A DNA stretch of 59,508 nt, counting the filler, from Thelocarpon superellum (taxonomy: Eukaryota): the NCBI GenBank assembly GCA_026025795.1. It is 2 parts of 2 records of this genome, joined end to end, with 100 filler letters (N's around TTAATTAATTAA, not from the genome) between each part and the next. Parts side by side here need not be neighbours in the genome. Positions count along the whole stretch, not along the records: positions 29,853 to 59,508 come from JAPEUG010000214.1; 1 more part is not named here. One strand, 5' to 3'. This document shows, in pieces, positions 58,809-59,508 of this stretch; position 1 is the stretch's first letter; every line of letters begins with the position of its first letter. The notes beneath the pieces are model-generated. The model searched no databases, was not told the origin of the DNA, and was given only the letters and a program-made list of their open reading frames with translations. The translations under genes were made by a program, and so were the position numbers.

Positions 58809-59508
58809 AATTCTTCGTCGCCGGCGGTTGAGTGCGCTTCAGGCGTTCTAACTTCGCGCTAACCCACCACCCACCAAAACCCGCCACCAGCGGCCCACCA
58901 GGTTCATGGGAATTGGCATATATCTTCCTTCGCCATCATCACCTCACTCAAGTCTCTCGCGCCTACCGTCATCTTCGCAACAGATGCTTTACTACTGCTG
59001 GCATAACTTTCTGCGGCTGGGCTTTACTTCCCAGATATCTTAAGGGCAGAGTGTTCCCGCGCAAGGTCTGGTCGTAGTCCTGTTAGTACTCTTTGACCCT
59101 CCCCCTCCCCACATGGCTAGCAGAAGAGCTGTACTATGCGCGTCAATTTGATCCGGCAGGGACGGTAAGATTCGCGTGGACCGAACGGTTGGGCTCGGAA
59201 TGGGGGATAAGAATTCAACAGAAAATAACTGCACGACGAAAAGTTGGTTCGAAGTGCCTACCGTCGAAAGCTGATCGCGCGAAAACACCCTGCCGGTGGG
59301 AGACGAAACATCCGACAGCGGATCGGATTAGCACGACGCCACCATATGAACTGTCTAGTTCCAATCCTCCCAGAACAACGGTAGTGCCTCTTTCGACCTG
59401 ACAATCCAGAAAGTATCTCCCTATCGTAACGTATGGTAAGCGGCGGTCAGCACCGCACGGCTGGGGAAGCACCGGCGACTAGAAATTACTAAAGATCTAG
59501 GTCGCGTT

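Noticed and set aside
58832..59508. Short ORFs and a GTAAGA donor-like site at the right edge
   Set aside because: No consistent gene model or recognisable protein; probably promoter or leader of a gene beyond the window.

Overview
GC-rich, gene-dense eukaryotic DNA from a filamentous ascomycete (Pezizomycotina-type short GT-AG introns with CTRAC branch sites). It holds about 27 mostly intron-containing protein-coding genes, largely housekeeping: SEC27, NUR1/Mug154-like, VMA7, NPC2, SET3-like, MTR10, SME1, FAU1, ROT1, GFA/CENP-V, DUF6697-like, GT31, RKM5-like, FAA1 fragment, YAG7/caprin-like RGG protein, Ctr copper transporter, ferric/cupric reductase, HpcH aldolase, KDM4/Rph1, RAD57, APE2, YPT1, a WD40 protein, carnitine acetyltransferase and BRX1. 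A 100-nt artificial linker (N44-TTAATTAATTAA-N44) at 29753-29852 truncates FAA1, so the two halves may not be adjacent in the genome. I found no tRNA, rRNA, CRISPR or transposon. The best observation is a nested spliceosomal twin intron (stwintron, [D3,4] geometry) in YPT1: removing an internal 82-nt intron rebuilds the GTA|AGT donor of a 77-nt external intron. Second is a divergent Ctr/reductase copper-uptake pair whose shared promoter carries a 10-bp-phased TGCTCA triplet resembling Mac1 copper-response elements. Family calls come from motif recognition by eye; no searches were run.
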